Below, in pieces: positions 26,201-41,200 of a stretch of 64,000 bases of DNA (the first letter of the stretch is position 1; every line of letters begins with the position of its first letter). A model generated the notes under the pieces. The model was not told where the DNA came from. It did no database searches and saw only the letters and a list, made by a program, of their open reading frames with translations. The stretch covers positions 27,032,001 through 27,096,000 of the forward strand of contig CM126234.1 of assembly GCA_052327205.1 (NCBI GenBank). Direction: 5' to 3'. The stretch comes from Somniosus microcephalus. Taxonomy: Eukaryota. The position numbers were made by a program, and so were the translations under genes.

Positions 26201-29200
26201 CCTCTCTTGCTCTATCCCTGAACCAGTGTCTTTCTCTAGTTTATCTCTCATCTCTCCTCATGCCCTGTCCAAACTCAACTTGTTCAAGAAAGCCACCTCC
26301 TGCTCCCTTGATCCCAATTTCACTAAACTGCTGGCCAGCCAACTTCCCTTTCTGGCCCCCCATGCTAGCTGACTGTAAATGGTTCCCTCTCCTCTGGGTA
26401 CTGTCTGTCTCTCTCCCTTTCAAAACGACTGGTCATCACTCCCTCCTCAAAAAGGCCACCCTCAGCCCCTCTGTCCTTACAAACTACCACTCCATCTCCC
26501 ACCTCCCTTTCTTCTGCCTGAACATGTTGCCTCCCATCTTTCCCACAGCTCCATGTTTGAATCTCTCCAATCAGCTTTCCACCTCTGCCACAACACCAAA
26601 ATGGCCTTAATCAAAGTCAGAAATAACATTCACTATGACTGCATTATAGAAAGACAGACTTGTATTTACATAATGCCTTTTATGACCTCAGGATATCCCA
26701 AAGCGCTTTACAGCCAATGAAGTACTTTAAGAAGTGCAGTCGCTATTGTAATGTAGGAAATGCAGCAGCCAATTTGAGCACAGCAATGTGATGATGATCA
26801 GATCATTTTTTTGAGGTGTTGGTTGAAGGATAAATATTGGCCAGGGCACCAGCACTCCCTCAGTACTGGAGTAGGTCCTGAACCCGCAACCTTCTGACTC
26901 GGGCAAGAAAGCTACCTACTGAGCCATGGCTGACGTCTATCGTTCCTGCTCATCCTTGTTGACCCTTTAGCCATGGACACAGTTGACCACATTGTACTCC
27001 TTCATGGCGCCTCCTCCATTGTTTAGTTCAATGGGACTGCCCTACCATGGTTCCACTCAACATATTTGATTGTAAGCATTGCATTTCCACTAATGGTTTC
27101 TCTTCCCGCCTATGCACCATTACCTCTGGAGCCCCCCGCTCTTCCTCATCTGCATGCTGCCGCTTGGCACCATCATCCGCAGGCATAGGATTATCTTTTA
27201 CATGTACGCTGACGAAACTCGGTTCACCCTCTCCAGCAACATCTCTCGACCCCTCCACCACTGCCTCTGTGTGGTCAGAGTGCTTGTCAGACATCCAGTG
27301 TTGGATGAGCCACTCGTCATTCATCTTGTTGTTGCTCTTAGGATTTATCTGTGTTCAAAATTCATACTCTGCTTTCCTATGTAGCCCACTGCACTTCAAA
27401 GTCATTATATGTGAAGTGCTTTGCTATGTACCTCAGAGACTTTATTATATGCTCTATAAATGCAAGTCCATCCTTCAGATTATTTGGCTATTGTGTACAC
27501 TTTCTCATAGTCATCAAAGCATGACAGGCAATACTAAGTGGATAACAAAGTTGCTGCTGCTATCAGCCATGGATGTTGATGTCACGGCCAGAACAATAGC
27601 GCAGGGGAGAAATCATGTAGTTTGAGGCTATTTTGAGGAAGAGGGGTTTTGAAGGGGCTGCCCTATAATTCCTTTTTATCCCTCCCCTCCGAGTTTGGAT
27701 GATACTATCCAATGTAGACAGAATATCACACCCAAAGGTAGGTAATCTAACTTTAAAAAAAAAAATCACAACATGGGTTTTCCAGTGAAGTTTAAAACAT
27801 TTTGCAAATTATAAATTATTCTGCTTCGACAGGGCCGTTGTAGCAGTTTTCCAGGTAAAAAGCGACCTCGTGGTGGTGGACATGTTGGGCGAGGACGAGG
27901 GCGATCACGTTTGAAGTCTGTATCTGGAATCTTGGAGTCTCTAGGGGTAAGAATTGAATGGCTTGGCTAACAGTGGAGATGGGTTATTTTGGGAAACAAT
28001 TACAGCCTAATTAGCGACTTATGGATGTTTGTGCAATTGTACCAAATCAGGAGGGCTGAGTATAGTACATTTGTGCCACAAAAGTGCATGATGCAAGTTT
28101 ATGACCACATTTTTCTCTGGTGTTTTTTAAAATCTTATTTGGGCCATTAGGAGAATATGCTTAGTGAGGGTGAGGTACTTCTCCACAGGCATACTGGGAA
28201 GATCTGAGGCCCAGTTAATCTTCACTTCTATGCATTTAATGAGCAGTAGTTATGGTAGAGCAGCGGAAGTGAGAAGCCCACCCTTCTGATTGGGATATGT
28301 TGCGTGGAGTGAAAGGAATTGAAAATTGTAAAAGGTGGATAATGACTTAGTCAAATGTGTTCACTGGATATCAATAATCTCTTCATGTTAATATTTAACG
28401 ATCATTTAAAGTCAGGTTGTAGTGCCTATTTTGAAAACCTGGGTGTTTTTTTCCAAAATGTTATTTTGACTATTCCAACGCATTCCTGGCTGGCCTCTCA
28501 CATTCTACCCTACGTAAACTTGAGGTGATCCAAAACTCGGCTACCCGTTTCCCGTTCGCCCATCACCCCTGTGCTCGCTGACCTACATTGGCTCCTGGTT
28601 AAGCAGTGTCTCGATTTCAAAATGCTCACCCTAGTTTTCAAATCCCTCCATGGCCTCGCCCCTCCCTCTCTGTAATCTCCTTCAGCTCCACAACCCCCCC
28701 CCCCCCCCCCCCCCGAGATATCTGCATTCCTCTAATTCTGGCCTCTTGAGCACCCCTGATTATAATCGCTCAACCATTGGTGGCCGTGCCTTCTGTTGCC
28801 TGGGCCCTAAGCTCTGGAATTCCCTGCCTAAACCTCTCCGCCTCGCTACACCTCTTTCCTCCTTTAAGACCCTCCTTAAAACCTACCTGTTTGACCAAGC
28901 TTTTGGTCACCTGTCCTAATTTCTCCTTATGTGGCTCGGTGTCAAATGTTTTGTCTTAAAATACTCCTGTGCAGCGCCTTGGGACGTTTTACTACGTTAA
29001 AGGTGCTATATAAATACAAGTTGTTGTTGTATTAAACAAAATGCAAGAGGATATCAGTGAAGATAAAAACTGGGTATAGCTTTTTTTGAGCATTGCTAAA
29101 ACTTAAAACAAGCAAAGGATTAAAAAAATTTTTTTTTTTTTTTTTTTTAAAAAGGTGGTGCAGTCAATTACTTACACAGTTCACGGGCACCAGTTTTATG

Positions 29201-32200
29201 AGACCCACCATCAAACTCTCATTTAGACCCAAGATGGGGCATATGTTTATTGTGACTCCAGTCGCTTACCTGCCACACTGATTTTAGGACAATAAAAACT
29301 GTTGCCGATTTATGTGTAGGGGAACAGTTGCAGTAAGCGATGCCTTGGTGTGTCACCTAAGCCAGCCGTTGATTGATGGTCGGTCTTCAGAGGAGTAACA
29401 GTGAAGTAACTGTCAGTGCACTGCTTTGCTTTCTCCGTATCAAATTCGGAATGAAAAACTGACTTGCTGCACTACAACTAATATTGTCCTCACGGCTGTA
29501 TCTAAAGATGATCCAGGTCCCCCTTTTTATTTAAAAAAAAATCCAAATTGCACTTCATTGCTTTTCCTGCTGAAAATTGAGTTCAGAGTGCGCGGGTATC
29601 ACTTCCGTGATGTCAGCACAGCACGCCTCGTGCGCGCTGATGTCACGGATGTGGTGTGCACACATCTCGGGACCTGATCTTTAACAACAAAACAATGGGA
29701 AATTTTGTCCCCTCAAATTCAAGAGAAAGTGTCTTTTTCTCAAACCAATTCATCACCTGAAAAAATCCAGCAATTTAACTGTGGAACTCATTTAAAAACT
29801 GACTTGAATGTCTATTCATACTGATTTTCTCGTGCTGAACTGTCTGTTTCCTGTCTCAGTCTACAGGAGTGGATACATCTCCAAGTAAAGATGATGATGA
29901 CGATGATGATACAATGCACAATACAGTGGTTCTCTTCTCCACTGAAGACAAATTTATTCTCCTGCAGGTAGGATTTCTCATCCCCAGGATGATTATTAAA
30001 TGGTCTAATGTGATCTGAAGATCCAATAGACCCCTGATTATTGGCACTCCTGTTATACACAGTGGTTATGCAGAGGAATTTACTTGGGAGTTGGATTTAT
30101 TTTTGAATAAACCATCGAAAATGCAGTTGATTTGTTTTTAATTTTTCATAGATTCTGGGTTCTTGATCCAACAGGATAAGTTTGTTATCTGGATGTTCAG
30201 TACCTGGTATCATTTATTGTCCATGTAGCTGATATTTAGTTTCAACAAAGGACTTGATGCTTCAGGTTGTGCTGCTGCTGGACTTTCCTAGGGTTCTTGT
30301 GTGTTCAACTCTAAACCATAGAATAGTACAGCACAGAAGGAGGCCATTCAGCCCATCGAGTCTGCGCCGGCTCTTTCGAAGAGCAATCCAGTTAGTCCCA
30401 CTCCCCCTGCTCTTTCCCCATATCCCTGCAGTTTTTTTCCTTCAAGTATTTATCCAATTCGCTTTTGAACGATACTATTGAATCTGTATTCACCACCCTA
30501 TCAGGCAGTGCATTCCAAAATCTTGAGTAATGAGCTAACTAGTGGGATATGGTAGTGGGTGCTCCTGAGGGTATCATGGCCTTGCATTGTTCGAGGGGAC
30601 CTCTTAAGATATTGATTCAAAGAAGCAAGTGGTGCCAGTCCTAATCGTTGATTAGGATGCCTGAGGAATTTGGTGGATGCCAACGTCAACTTGCACACAA
30701 TTCTTGGGGACTGTGCTGAGAAAGTACAAGGAAGAAAGTCTTTCCCATCTTTTTTTCCAATGACGGTAAAGTTCCAGGTTAAGTGTGTGGTATAAAAAAC
30801 ATGTCTAAATAGTGCCCCTTTGGTTTAGAACTCCTGGGCATGCAGTTACCCAGGTGCTAGTACCAAAGACCCATCCAAGGATCTGGTTCAGCATTTGGTG
30901 ACATGTACACCTGGTATGTGGCATTTAACTTGAACATCTACAACACTAAAGTGGCTGGCACATCGCAAACTGTCCCGAGTACCATGATTGGATTGCAGAA
31001 GGGGTTGAGCAGTTGCTGTTCAAGCTCTGCAACTCTACTTGGTGGAACCACTGTTTGTTGGGGTATGGTGTGCGTGTTTATGGTGTGCATTGCACTCACA
31101 TTTTATGATGAGTTGTGTGCTGTTCACCAGGCCATCTGGGTTTCTGATATCTGCTGTTTGCCTAGTGAAGGCTCAGACCTATGCTTGCCAGTTGTCAAAT
31201 GACCAACCAGTGACCACGCTCCTTTTGGGGGGAGGTAAGTGAGGTCTCCCTGGAGTTGGGTTGGTTCTTGGATTACACACTTGACGATAGAAGATCGGAA
31301 CTGAGTCAACTCTCCATGGCAGACTCTGAAATCTGAACCTAAGCCAGACAGGTCCTCCGTACTCCAGGGTGATGTTGAGTATTGACCATTTAGCTTGGTT
31401 TATTGAAGTAACCTGGAACAGTAGTCTTGTCATTGGGGATTGGGATTCTTCCCACTTTTCCGAATAACCTTTAGAAGCCAATGCCCTAACAATAGGGTGG
31501 TCCGAGCTGGACAAGTGTCTCGGTGCTCTGTGCATGATGGGTTTCCGTGCATGTTGGACACCTGGCTTACTTTGCTGCGTGTGGGGGGAAATAATAGAGT
31601 ATGTTCTTATGGATGTGTATTAATTTAAATGTAATGTGTTTTGGAATCTTGGGCTGACTGGAAGATTTTCATTGTTTGATCTGAAATTTACATTCTGCAT
31701 TGAATCCCGACATGCTATATAGTGCTATGTTCTATTAATATACATTAGTTTAAATATGTAGTAATGCTATTGCTATTAGTAACTTTGATTCAGTTCACAA
31801 ATGTTTTGGGAACATTACACTTTTGTTGATGTAAACATTTGCATTAAGTAGCGGATTTGACATCTCAATTTGAATAATGTATTTACAGAATTATAAACTA
31901 GTCTACATGTTAACAGGATATATTCAAGAATGACTTGTAATGCTGCGTTTTTGTGCCTTTTATCTTTCAGGATATGTGTGTGGTGTGTGGGAGCTTTGGA
32001 CGAGGGGTAGAGGGACAGCTGTTGGCCTGTTCACAGTGTGGACAGTGCTACCACCCCTATTGTGTCAATAGTAAGGTATGGAGGCGATAGTCTGCAAGGA
32101 TAGGAAAGGGAGATGAAAGTCAAATTTGTAGAAATGCTATTATTAAATACGTACTTGAAATGGATGAATGCAGAGTTACTGGTTCTTGTGCAGCAGACCT

Positions 32201-35200
32201 AATGCACTACACAATAGACCAGTGGTCCACCACTGATGTCAGATGCTTCCCCACAGGGAAGGAAGGAGAATCAACAGGCAAGTCATCACAGGTTGTAGCT
32301 GCACACCTCCTGTTGACTTGTGACAGGCCAGTAGAACAACATTGGCAAAGGCCTGTGAAAGAGCAGCCACCTGCTCACTTGGCCAGGGAATTTTGCATCT
32401 GTGTCGCACAACCATAAAAGTGCTTATGTAGAGTGTAAATATAATTTTGCTACATATAGCATACAGAGAAAATCTTCCCCCAGTATGTCTTCACATTTGA
32501 AAAGAGCAGTACTTCTTGTATCGGTATAAGTTTCAAGTCATCATTCTGGTCTCCTTGACTGAGACTGCCAATTTAGAGCTAAATCTGAGCTTTTATTGGA
32601 ATATTGTCTAAAATCTTTAGGCTTTTTCATTATGCTCTTTGTCTTGCAGATCACAAAAGTTATGTTGAGCAAAGGATGGCGTTGCTTGGAGTGCATTGTG
32701 TGTGAAGCATGTGGCAAAGCTTCCGATCCTGCTCGTTTATTGTTATGTGACGATTGTGATATAAGTTACCACACATATTGCCTCGATCCACCATTGCAGA
32801 CTGTGCCAAAGGGTGGTTGGAAATGCAAGTGGTGAGTGCAAAATTCAATTGTGTATGACCTGACACCAGCAGCCATTGTTTGCATGTGAGCCTTGACGGA
32901 GAGTCTCCGAAAGCTATTTGACTGTGTGCGGTATCAAAGCCAAACCTCTTCTACCTTAATGTTTGAACACGCACCCTTCCAATATAGTTAGCTGAGCAGT
33001 AACCCTGGTTGTTTCTCCCCCTGCCTCTTTTCCCCTCCTTTCTCCCCCCCCCCCCCCCCCCAAACCCCAAAGTTCAGGGGTGTTAAGGTCAATTGTAGCA
33101 CTCTTACCACTGTTGGCTAACTCAGAATATTGATTGTGGATGTAACCTGGGATATTCCTGGTCTGTGACTCAGTTTACTTCCTTGGTAAACATTTTGAAT
33201 CATTGGGGCAACTACAAAATTTTAAGCATTCCCATTCTGCTTTCCTTTTCATTTCTCTTCCCCTATTCTATCTTTCACATTTTTATAAACTTGAATTTTA
33301 CTCTTTCTATCTAATACATCTTGACGTCAGAAAACTACGAGGCACTTGGTCAAAGTGTTAAACAAGGCTTTAATCAACTGTTTTACAACATGGAGGTCTA
33401 GTTGTGTCCTTCACTAGTTCCTGTTAAGAATGTCCTGCGCAAGCTGGGCCCGTGCCCGAGTATTTATACTCTCCCTGGACAGCGCCACCAGCAGGCTGCC
33501 CAGTATTACTTCATAAGTCTTTCTTTCATGAATGACTGCTTCATGTCACATCTCTTCTAATTTTAAAACTTTTATCTTTTTACTTCCTTCTTCTGGTTCC
33601 TACCAAACATTTTAGAGATGGGAGTAACTTTTAACAAATGGTTAAATTGGCTAAGCCTGGCTTAAAAACAGGCTCTGCAGGCCAGTCAAATAAGACACTA
33701 ATGATGGAGGTGTGCATTATTGCAAGGGTTTAGAAACTGAAACAAAAAACATTATATTCATATTTCAGATTGGTTAAAAAATATAGTTCTTCCAATCACT
33801 TCTGAAGTACTTTTCTTGAACCACATATTCTGCATATTTCTTTAAGAATGCAGCTCAACAGCACCTTCGTAGGGATGGGCAATAAATGCTGGCCTTGCCA
33901 GCGATGCCCACGTCCCGTGAATGAATTGGGGGGGGAAAAAAAGAAAAGTGAGAGGTGATAATTTTGGTAGGAAGAATGAGGAGCGACAATACGTGCTAAA
34001 TGGTACAATTTTAAATGGGGTGCAAGACGAGAAAGACCCGTGGCTTGTGCACAAATCGTTGAAGGTGGCAGGACAGGTTAACAAAGCAGTAAATAAAGCA
34101 TATGGGATCCTGGGCTTTATAAATAGAGGCAGAGAGCACAAAAGCCAGGAAGTGATGCTAAACCTTTATAAAACACTAGTTCGGCCCCAGCTGGAGTATT
34201 GGGTCCAATTTTGGGCACCGCACTTTAGGAAGGACGTAAAGGCTTTGGAGAGGGTACAGAAGAGATTTACTAGAATAGCTAAAGGGATGTGGGATTACAG
34301 TGATGTGGAGAGACTGGAGAAGCTGGGATTGTTCTCCTTGGAGCAGAGAAGGCCAAGAGGAGATTTGATAGAGGTGTTTTAAAATCATAGAGAGTAGAGA
34401 AACCGTTTCCAATGGCTTAAGGATCAATAACCAGAGGGCACAGATTTAAGGTGATTGGGAAACGAACTAGAGGCGACATGAGGAAAAACTTTTTTACGCA
34501 GCGAGTGGTTAGGATTTGGAATGCTCTGCCTGATGGGGTGGTAGATACAGATTCAGTAGTAGCCTTCAAAAGGGAATTGAATAAATACTTGAAGGAGAAA
34601 AGAATTGCAGGGATATGAGGAAAGAGCGGGCGAGTGGGACTGATTGGATTGTTCTTCGAAAGAGCCGGCACAGACTGGATGAGCCAAATGGCGGCCTCCT
34701 GTGCTGCACTATTCTATAACTTTGCAAGTAGAATATTCGGGGTTATCTTGTTTCAAGTTAATTCTGTGGTGTCTGGAAACACCCAAGTTTCTGGCATGGA
34801 TGGCAAAATGTCAGCAGTGTTGACTTAAGCCGGCCAGAATCAGGATACTCATGGCTTCATAGGAATGTACAGAGAAACATTTGAGGGAGAGTGATTATGC
34901 CAAACCCTTTCGATTGAAAGCACCTTACTATCTGATGGAAAAATAACTTTGAAAAAGTGTTTGGACCTTCGAAGTTCATCAGTGATGTGGTGAAAAATAA
35001 AGAACTGACAATTTTTAAGTTTTTAGTTTTTTCGTGTACATAATGAGATAACTTCCTGTATGTTGAGATAATATGAAGCCCAACTTCATACTTTGTCTTG
35101 CAGGTGTGTTTGCTGTACACAGTGTGGTGCCACAACACCTGGTTTTCACTGTGAGTGGCAGAATAACTACACTCACTGTGCGCCTTGTGGCAGCCTTGTT

Positions 35201-38200
35201 ACTTGTCCTAGCTGCAATGAAGACTATGAAGAAGAGGACCTCCTCATACAGTGTCACCATTGTGATCGGTAGGCCAGAGAGATGTCTATCAATGGTTTTA
35301 CAAACCATGTTTTATGTTGTCCTGAAGTAAAGGACTTGGGTTTCATTTGGAGTGTGTAACTTGTTTTATATTGCATCCCGTAAAATGTTGACTGTATGAC
35401 CCTTTGCATAAAAAGTAACAATTTTATCCATTTCTTCCCCTGAAAATCTAATATTTTGTAATTTCCCTTGGGTTGTGTCTGCATTATTAATGTAGCTGCA
35501 CACTTTATTCAGGTAGCTGAAGTTTTCAGCAATGTATCTTTTTTTTAAATATCTGCACTGTTTTGAAGATAAGGAAGGAAATTAAAAGTTTGTAACAAAG
35601 GTTTCCATGCGGTGCAGTGACAGAAATGATTGGCATGCTTTTGGTCTACTCTTGTAAAAGGCCAACTGGTGCCACGAACATGGCTAAGCATGGCCGCTTC
35701 AATGTTTTTGCATTATAGCTGTTAAAGCTTGCTTATGGGCTTCTGATCAAAGCTATTCCCAGCAGTAGGAGGTATCGCTGAGCTCAAAGCACAGAATTTG
35801 TTTGGGCTTCAGCATTAACAAATATTTTTACAAGCCCTCATCTTAAATGGGAACAAGTAATAACGTTAGATTTCAAGTTGATTTATTCATACATCTGTTG
35901 TCTGAGTGGTGTTTTCATGAATAAAATTAGACCCGTTGCTGTTTGCAGGTGGGTCCACGCAATTTGCGAAAATCTTTTCACGGAAGATGAAGTGGAACAA
36001 GCGGCAGATGAGGGCTTTGATTGTACTGCGTGTGAGCCCTTTGTCGTTCGTCCGATTGGTGAGTGACAGTCCACAATCAATACTTTGAGGAATGCAGCAA
36101 CAATCTTTTACTTAATTCAGAAATAAAAGTAGATTACAGTTCTAAAAATGCTGAGATGCCATTTTCTGTATCTTAATTTTATTTATACGTGCAGCTTTTA
36201 CTCTCTTCAACCCCACAGTAAAACAGTCAGGCTTCTTGTTTTGCAGGTGACAGAAACCTGCATCAGGGTGTGAGCTATACACTGAATATTATTACAATTC
36301 ATAAAGCATTTGTTGAATTCTTTACGATGTGTATAGATAATTTTCATTCCTAGTGGGAAGGATTAAAAGTGCTCTCAAATGCTGTCTCTTGCCTCAAAAG
36401 CCATTTCAGCATAGTGGCAAAGTTCTTATCTCTTTAATGGCCAAGTCTCCAAGCTAGTCGAATGCCTAATGTGTCAGTGCTACTTCTGTAAAATATTTTC
36501 AACTTTAGTAGTTTCTGGCATTTGGTGTAAAGGTTCTTAATTTTATTTGTATTTGTAGTTCGAAGTGAATCCCCTGTGGTTGCACCCATCATCAAAGTGA
36601 AGGATCCAGGTGAGTTATTTAGTACAAAACTGGTTTGAAGGGATTATATTCTTCCCCTTTGTTTCTGTAGTATGCTAAATTTATTTTAGATTTGATTTAT
36701 TCATATGCAGAGCCACGGTTTTATAATCAGGACGGTGTATGGCTGACAGAGTCGGGAATGTCACAGTTCCGAAGTCTTATACTTTCTCCGCCACACAAAA
36801 AAGGACCAAAGCCCAAACTAAAGAACAAACCTCCAACTCTATGCAGTGAACCAATGATGGTCAGTGTGGACGGCTCATGTAGAGAAATAAAGAAAGAAGA
36901 AGGTGAAGGGGAGGAGGAAAAAGGTGAGGCACAGAGCTTGTAAAACCATAGTGAAAAGCATGTTGCCTTTCCATCTTATTTAAACCTAATTTTATTTTTA
37001 TAATTTGATGTTTATAAAAATTGTACTCTAGTATGATGAGTTCATACACAGGAAATTAAAAAAAATACTGGAAGATTCAATTGTTGTGCATAGTATGCAG
37101 TTCATCTGTCCAAGTAATTGATTTTCCATGATTATTCATGCATTTGTGTAATGGCGTATATAGGTGTAGGAGGAGTAATTGTGCTGTTGTATAAATTAGC
37201 TTATTACGGCTTGTAAAGTTTTATACTGTTTCTAGTCTGGGACCTCGTGCGGGGCGGAAGAAGGAGGAGAATTAAAAGCTGTTGCATATCACGGTGCTAC
37301 TTTTTGTTGTAAATTTTGATTGTTTTTGAATCTGACTGAATATAATCTGCAATTGGGTTATAATTCTTTTAAAGTTGCCTTGGAACCAGGGGAATGTGAC
37401 GTAAAACCTGATGCACCTGTCGGCCAGGAACGAGAGGTGTGCCCAACAAACGATCCTGTAAAAACAAGTGAGGAAACTGAGGAAGGGAAAAAGAGGAAGA
37501 GGAAGCCATACAGACCTGGTAGGCAATTTAGCAGGTTGTAGAAAGTTTTTTAAGTGACACAATTTTTCTACTTGTAGGTTTAAAAGCTGATTCCAATGCA
37601 TTTTTTGTCACATTGATGGCATTTAGCTTACACTTATTTATTGAAGCTTCTAATTATTGCAGAGAAACCACTTGATCCAGCATCAATTTTGTGTTTTTCT
37701 TTCTGGTAAGGTTAGTTTCAAAAAAAAGTATTACAAGCATGTAGCGCAGTGCATTGGTGTAACAGTTTGGCAATAGAATTCTCCGATGTATGCTTGTAAA
37801 GATTCTGGTCTGTGTTCTAACTTTTGGCTAGATGGCTCTTCAATACTGTCTGATCTTGTACATCTTTCAGCAGCTGGTTGCAGAACAGTCTATACACAGG
37901 CCCTGAAGCAGGTTGACCCCAGGAATTTCTGTCTGAGTTTGTACTACACAAACGGTGCCTTTACCTCACTCACCCAGGCCATTGAAGGAGCTATGAAGCA
38001 TATACATTTGTGGCAATGATATGGTACATGTACAAGAAACTGAACAGTTTGTACAAATGAAAGATAGCTCATTTTACAGAGTCATCAGAAATGGAGGTGT
38101 GTTGCCTCATGGTATCAGCTCTGATTGATGGTAGGTTCCAGTCCCAGATTTAGCCAGTTGGTTTGGGAATCCAATACTGCCCCTTGAATCAGACTGCTGC

Positions 38201-41200
38201 ATATGGCATGGTTGCTAGCTGGCGGAGTAGGTGATATCTGAGCAAAAGAAAACTGACGTAAGCGCATGCCACAAGTGCACCTTAAACTAAGTGATCATGT
38301 AGTCTTTGGCAGCTATCTGTCGGAAAGTTTGTAGCCTGTACCACTCTCCCATCTTGACTGATGGAGGCGATGAATAGAGGCGAGCTATGAAAGGAAAAGT
38401 AGCGGTATAAACAATAAAGAACAAATACCCTTTTGATGTTTTTCAGGAATTGGTGGATTTATGGTCCGACAGAGGCAATCGCGGACAAAGAATTTGAATA
38501 AAGCCTCTGTAGCACAGCCTGGAATGTCCACTGACTGTCCAAATACCGAGAGCAACAAAGAAGAAGGTGTGTTTACATTTCCACAATCACTATGTAGGCA
38601 TAAAGTTCTAGCATGTTTGTAATAAAGTTCCAAACGACCAAGAATGCAGAGCATTTCTCCGTATGAATAGTCTCTGAGGCCAAAACTTTTGTTCTCTTTC
38701 TTAAAATATAAATTCTTTTTAAATCACTCTGATTTCAAAAATTTATTTTGCATGTTCTGTCAATGTGCAGATTCCAGATCAGATTTTGGACTACAATCCC
38801 CATAATCTATAATAATTGTTTAATTTCTAAAACTTTATTTTTTCAAATTTTGTTCTCCTGAAATATATCTGCTGCATCAAAACCACTCCTCGCAGAACGG
38901 TTGGCACCATATAAATCCTTTTAATCTGAGCTAACCTGCCACTTCGCCTCAGTACCTCCACAGCAACTTGTATTTATATAGCACCTTTAGCAAACAAAAT
39001 GCCCCATGGTGCTTTACAGAGAAGTAATAAAAATGAATGCTGCGCCATGCCAGAGCGGTGATTGAAGGTTGGTCAAAGGGATGGCTTTTGCGAAGGTGTT
39101 TAAAGGAGGACAGTGCAGTTGAAAGGCAGAGGGCTTTAGGTGAGGGAGTTGCATACAGTAGTGCCATGGTGAGTGAAAACTCTGCCACAGAGGTTGAGGT
39201 GAAGGTGGGGAGGGGAAGGGCTTATGCAGAGGAGACCAGAATCCTAGGTTCGAAGGATGTGAGGCGGAAGGAGCGAGGCCATGAAGTGACGAAGGTGAGG
39301 AAAAGGATTTTAATTTGGATGAGTTGGACAGGAAACCAGTGAAGGTAAACGAGGACAGGAGTGATGGGTGAGCAGGACTTAGTGCAGGACAGGATATGAG
39401 CAGCTGTGTTTTGAACAAGTTGGGAGTTTGAGGGTGGATGATGGAAGACCAGCAAAGAGAGGATTTTAATAATAGAGTCTAGAGGTGACGAGCATGGATA
39501 AGGTTTCAGCAGTTGAGAAGCCAAGGTTACTTTGAGGAGAACAAAAATGTAAATAGTACTGCACTGAAACTGTAGAAATTAAACCAAATACTTGCTGGAA
39601 GTTTACACAAACCATGTGTAAATCTTCTCTCCATTTGAGTTATATTACCTGCTATCCACTCATTATCTATTGTGGCTTTGGAGAAATTCATGCTCCCTGC
39701 CTACTTGTTGGCGGGCAATACTGCAAAGATGGAAAAAAGCGGTCTTAGTGATGGAGAGGATGTTGGCTTGAAGCTCAGCTCTGGGTTTTATTAAGTGCTG
39801 AATTTGTGAAAGGTTTCTATAACTAGAACTGTCCTCCTATCTCAGAACCTTGTCCAGGCTTCTTCTGAAAAAACTGTAGGGAAGTCACGCTTTGATGATC
39901 TATTTGATCGGTTCTATAGGGCGATGCTTATCCATGAAAAATACTTTCTGACTCTTTGTCTGAAGATTTTATATCCATGCTCCCTAGTACTGCATTGTCT
40001 GTACTGCACTGAAGCGTCAGCTCAGATTATGTGCCCAAGCCCCGAACTGTGCCTTAAACCTATATCTTGACCGAGACGGAAGTGCTGCCAATTGAGCAAG
40101 CTGCCACTGCAATAAATCGGGTCATGAATACACCTCCAATGTTCTCCATGTTCTGCCTGAACCATGAAGAGGGAGTCTCGACATTGATATATCTTTTAAA
40201 ACTGTTAAAAATTAATATTAGTATTAGCAATTTGTCAATTTTTTTGTTTAAACCTAGAGTACTGATGATCTTGCAATTGCTTTCAGATGTTATCAAACCC
40301 AAAACTGCGAGGGAGCTGAAATACGATCACCAAGGCCTGCCCTTAATCTAGAATTCTTTAGTGACCATGATAACTTTAACTCTTGATGTAGCTCCTTTGC
40401 ACTGTTCAGGAGCAGACAGGTGACCAGTGCCCAATCCTCATCCATAGTATATGTTGTTTAAAAATGATTCCATATTAGTTGAAGAATCATAACTTTTTTT
40501 GGTTCCTGCAGGTACTCCAATAGAGCTTCCAACCGAGGGTGCCAGTGATATACCTGTGATAGGAGCAGATGTAGGCGAGAAAGCGAAGAAACGACAACGT
40601 CGAAAGAAAAGCAAGTTGGAGGATTCCTTTCCAGCATATCTGCAGGTACTGGCATCCTGCTGTGCACACGGGTGATAGTGCAACTCTGATAGCACTTATC
40701 AGAGGAAAATGCCTTGATGAAAATCGACTTGCCCGAATGCCAAGTTTGTAGCTAAATGATTTGATCCTGCAGAAATTGTTAACCTGTTTGGCCCCTCAAT
40801 CCTTTGGGGGCCACATTAACATTTCTGCATCAAAGAAACCAGATTAACTGCTCGCTCTTAATCTTCGATAAGAAAATACTGTTCTTTGTTTTCTAGATTA
40901 TAATCGGAACATTTGCAGGGTATTTGGATGAAAACATACAAGATGCAAACACAAGGGCTGAAAGGGTTAATTGCACACTGGTTTACAATGCTGTTTGCTT
41001 CTATTGCTACTGATCTTTCTCCACAAGCTGTTGATTTATTTTTTCAAAGCTCCAGAGTAGTTGGTATGTTTCAAACCTACTGTAATCCAGGCACTCTAGC
41101 CATACTCTTAGCCAGACCATCAAATGGAGATGTGCAGGTACAAAACAGACTCTCCCATCAATTTTCCAATTCTGTGGCAATGCACCTGGCCTTTACCCAA

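Noticed and set aside
40897-40965. Possible 69-nt in-frame cassette exon ([23 protein letters not shown])
   Set aside because: The donor GTTAAT is weak, there is no homology, and it would split the conserved AYLQ|EAFFGK motif.
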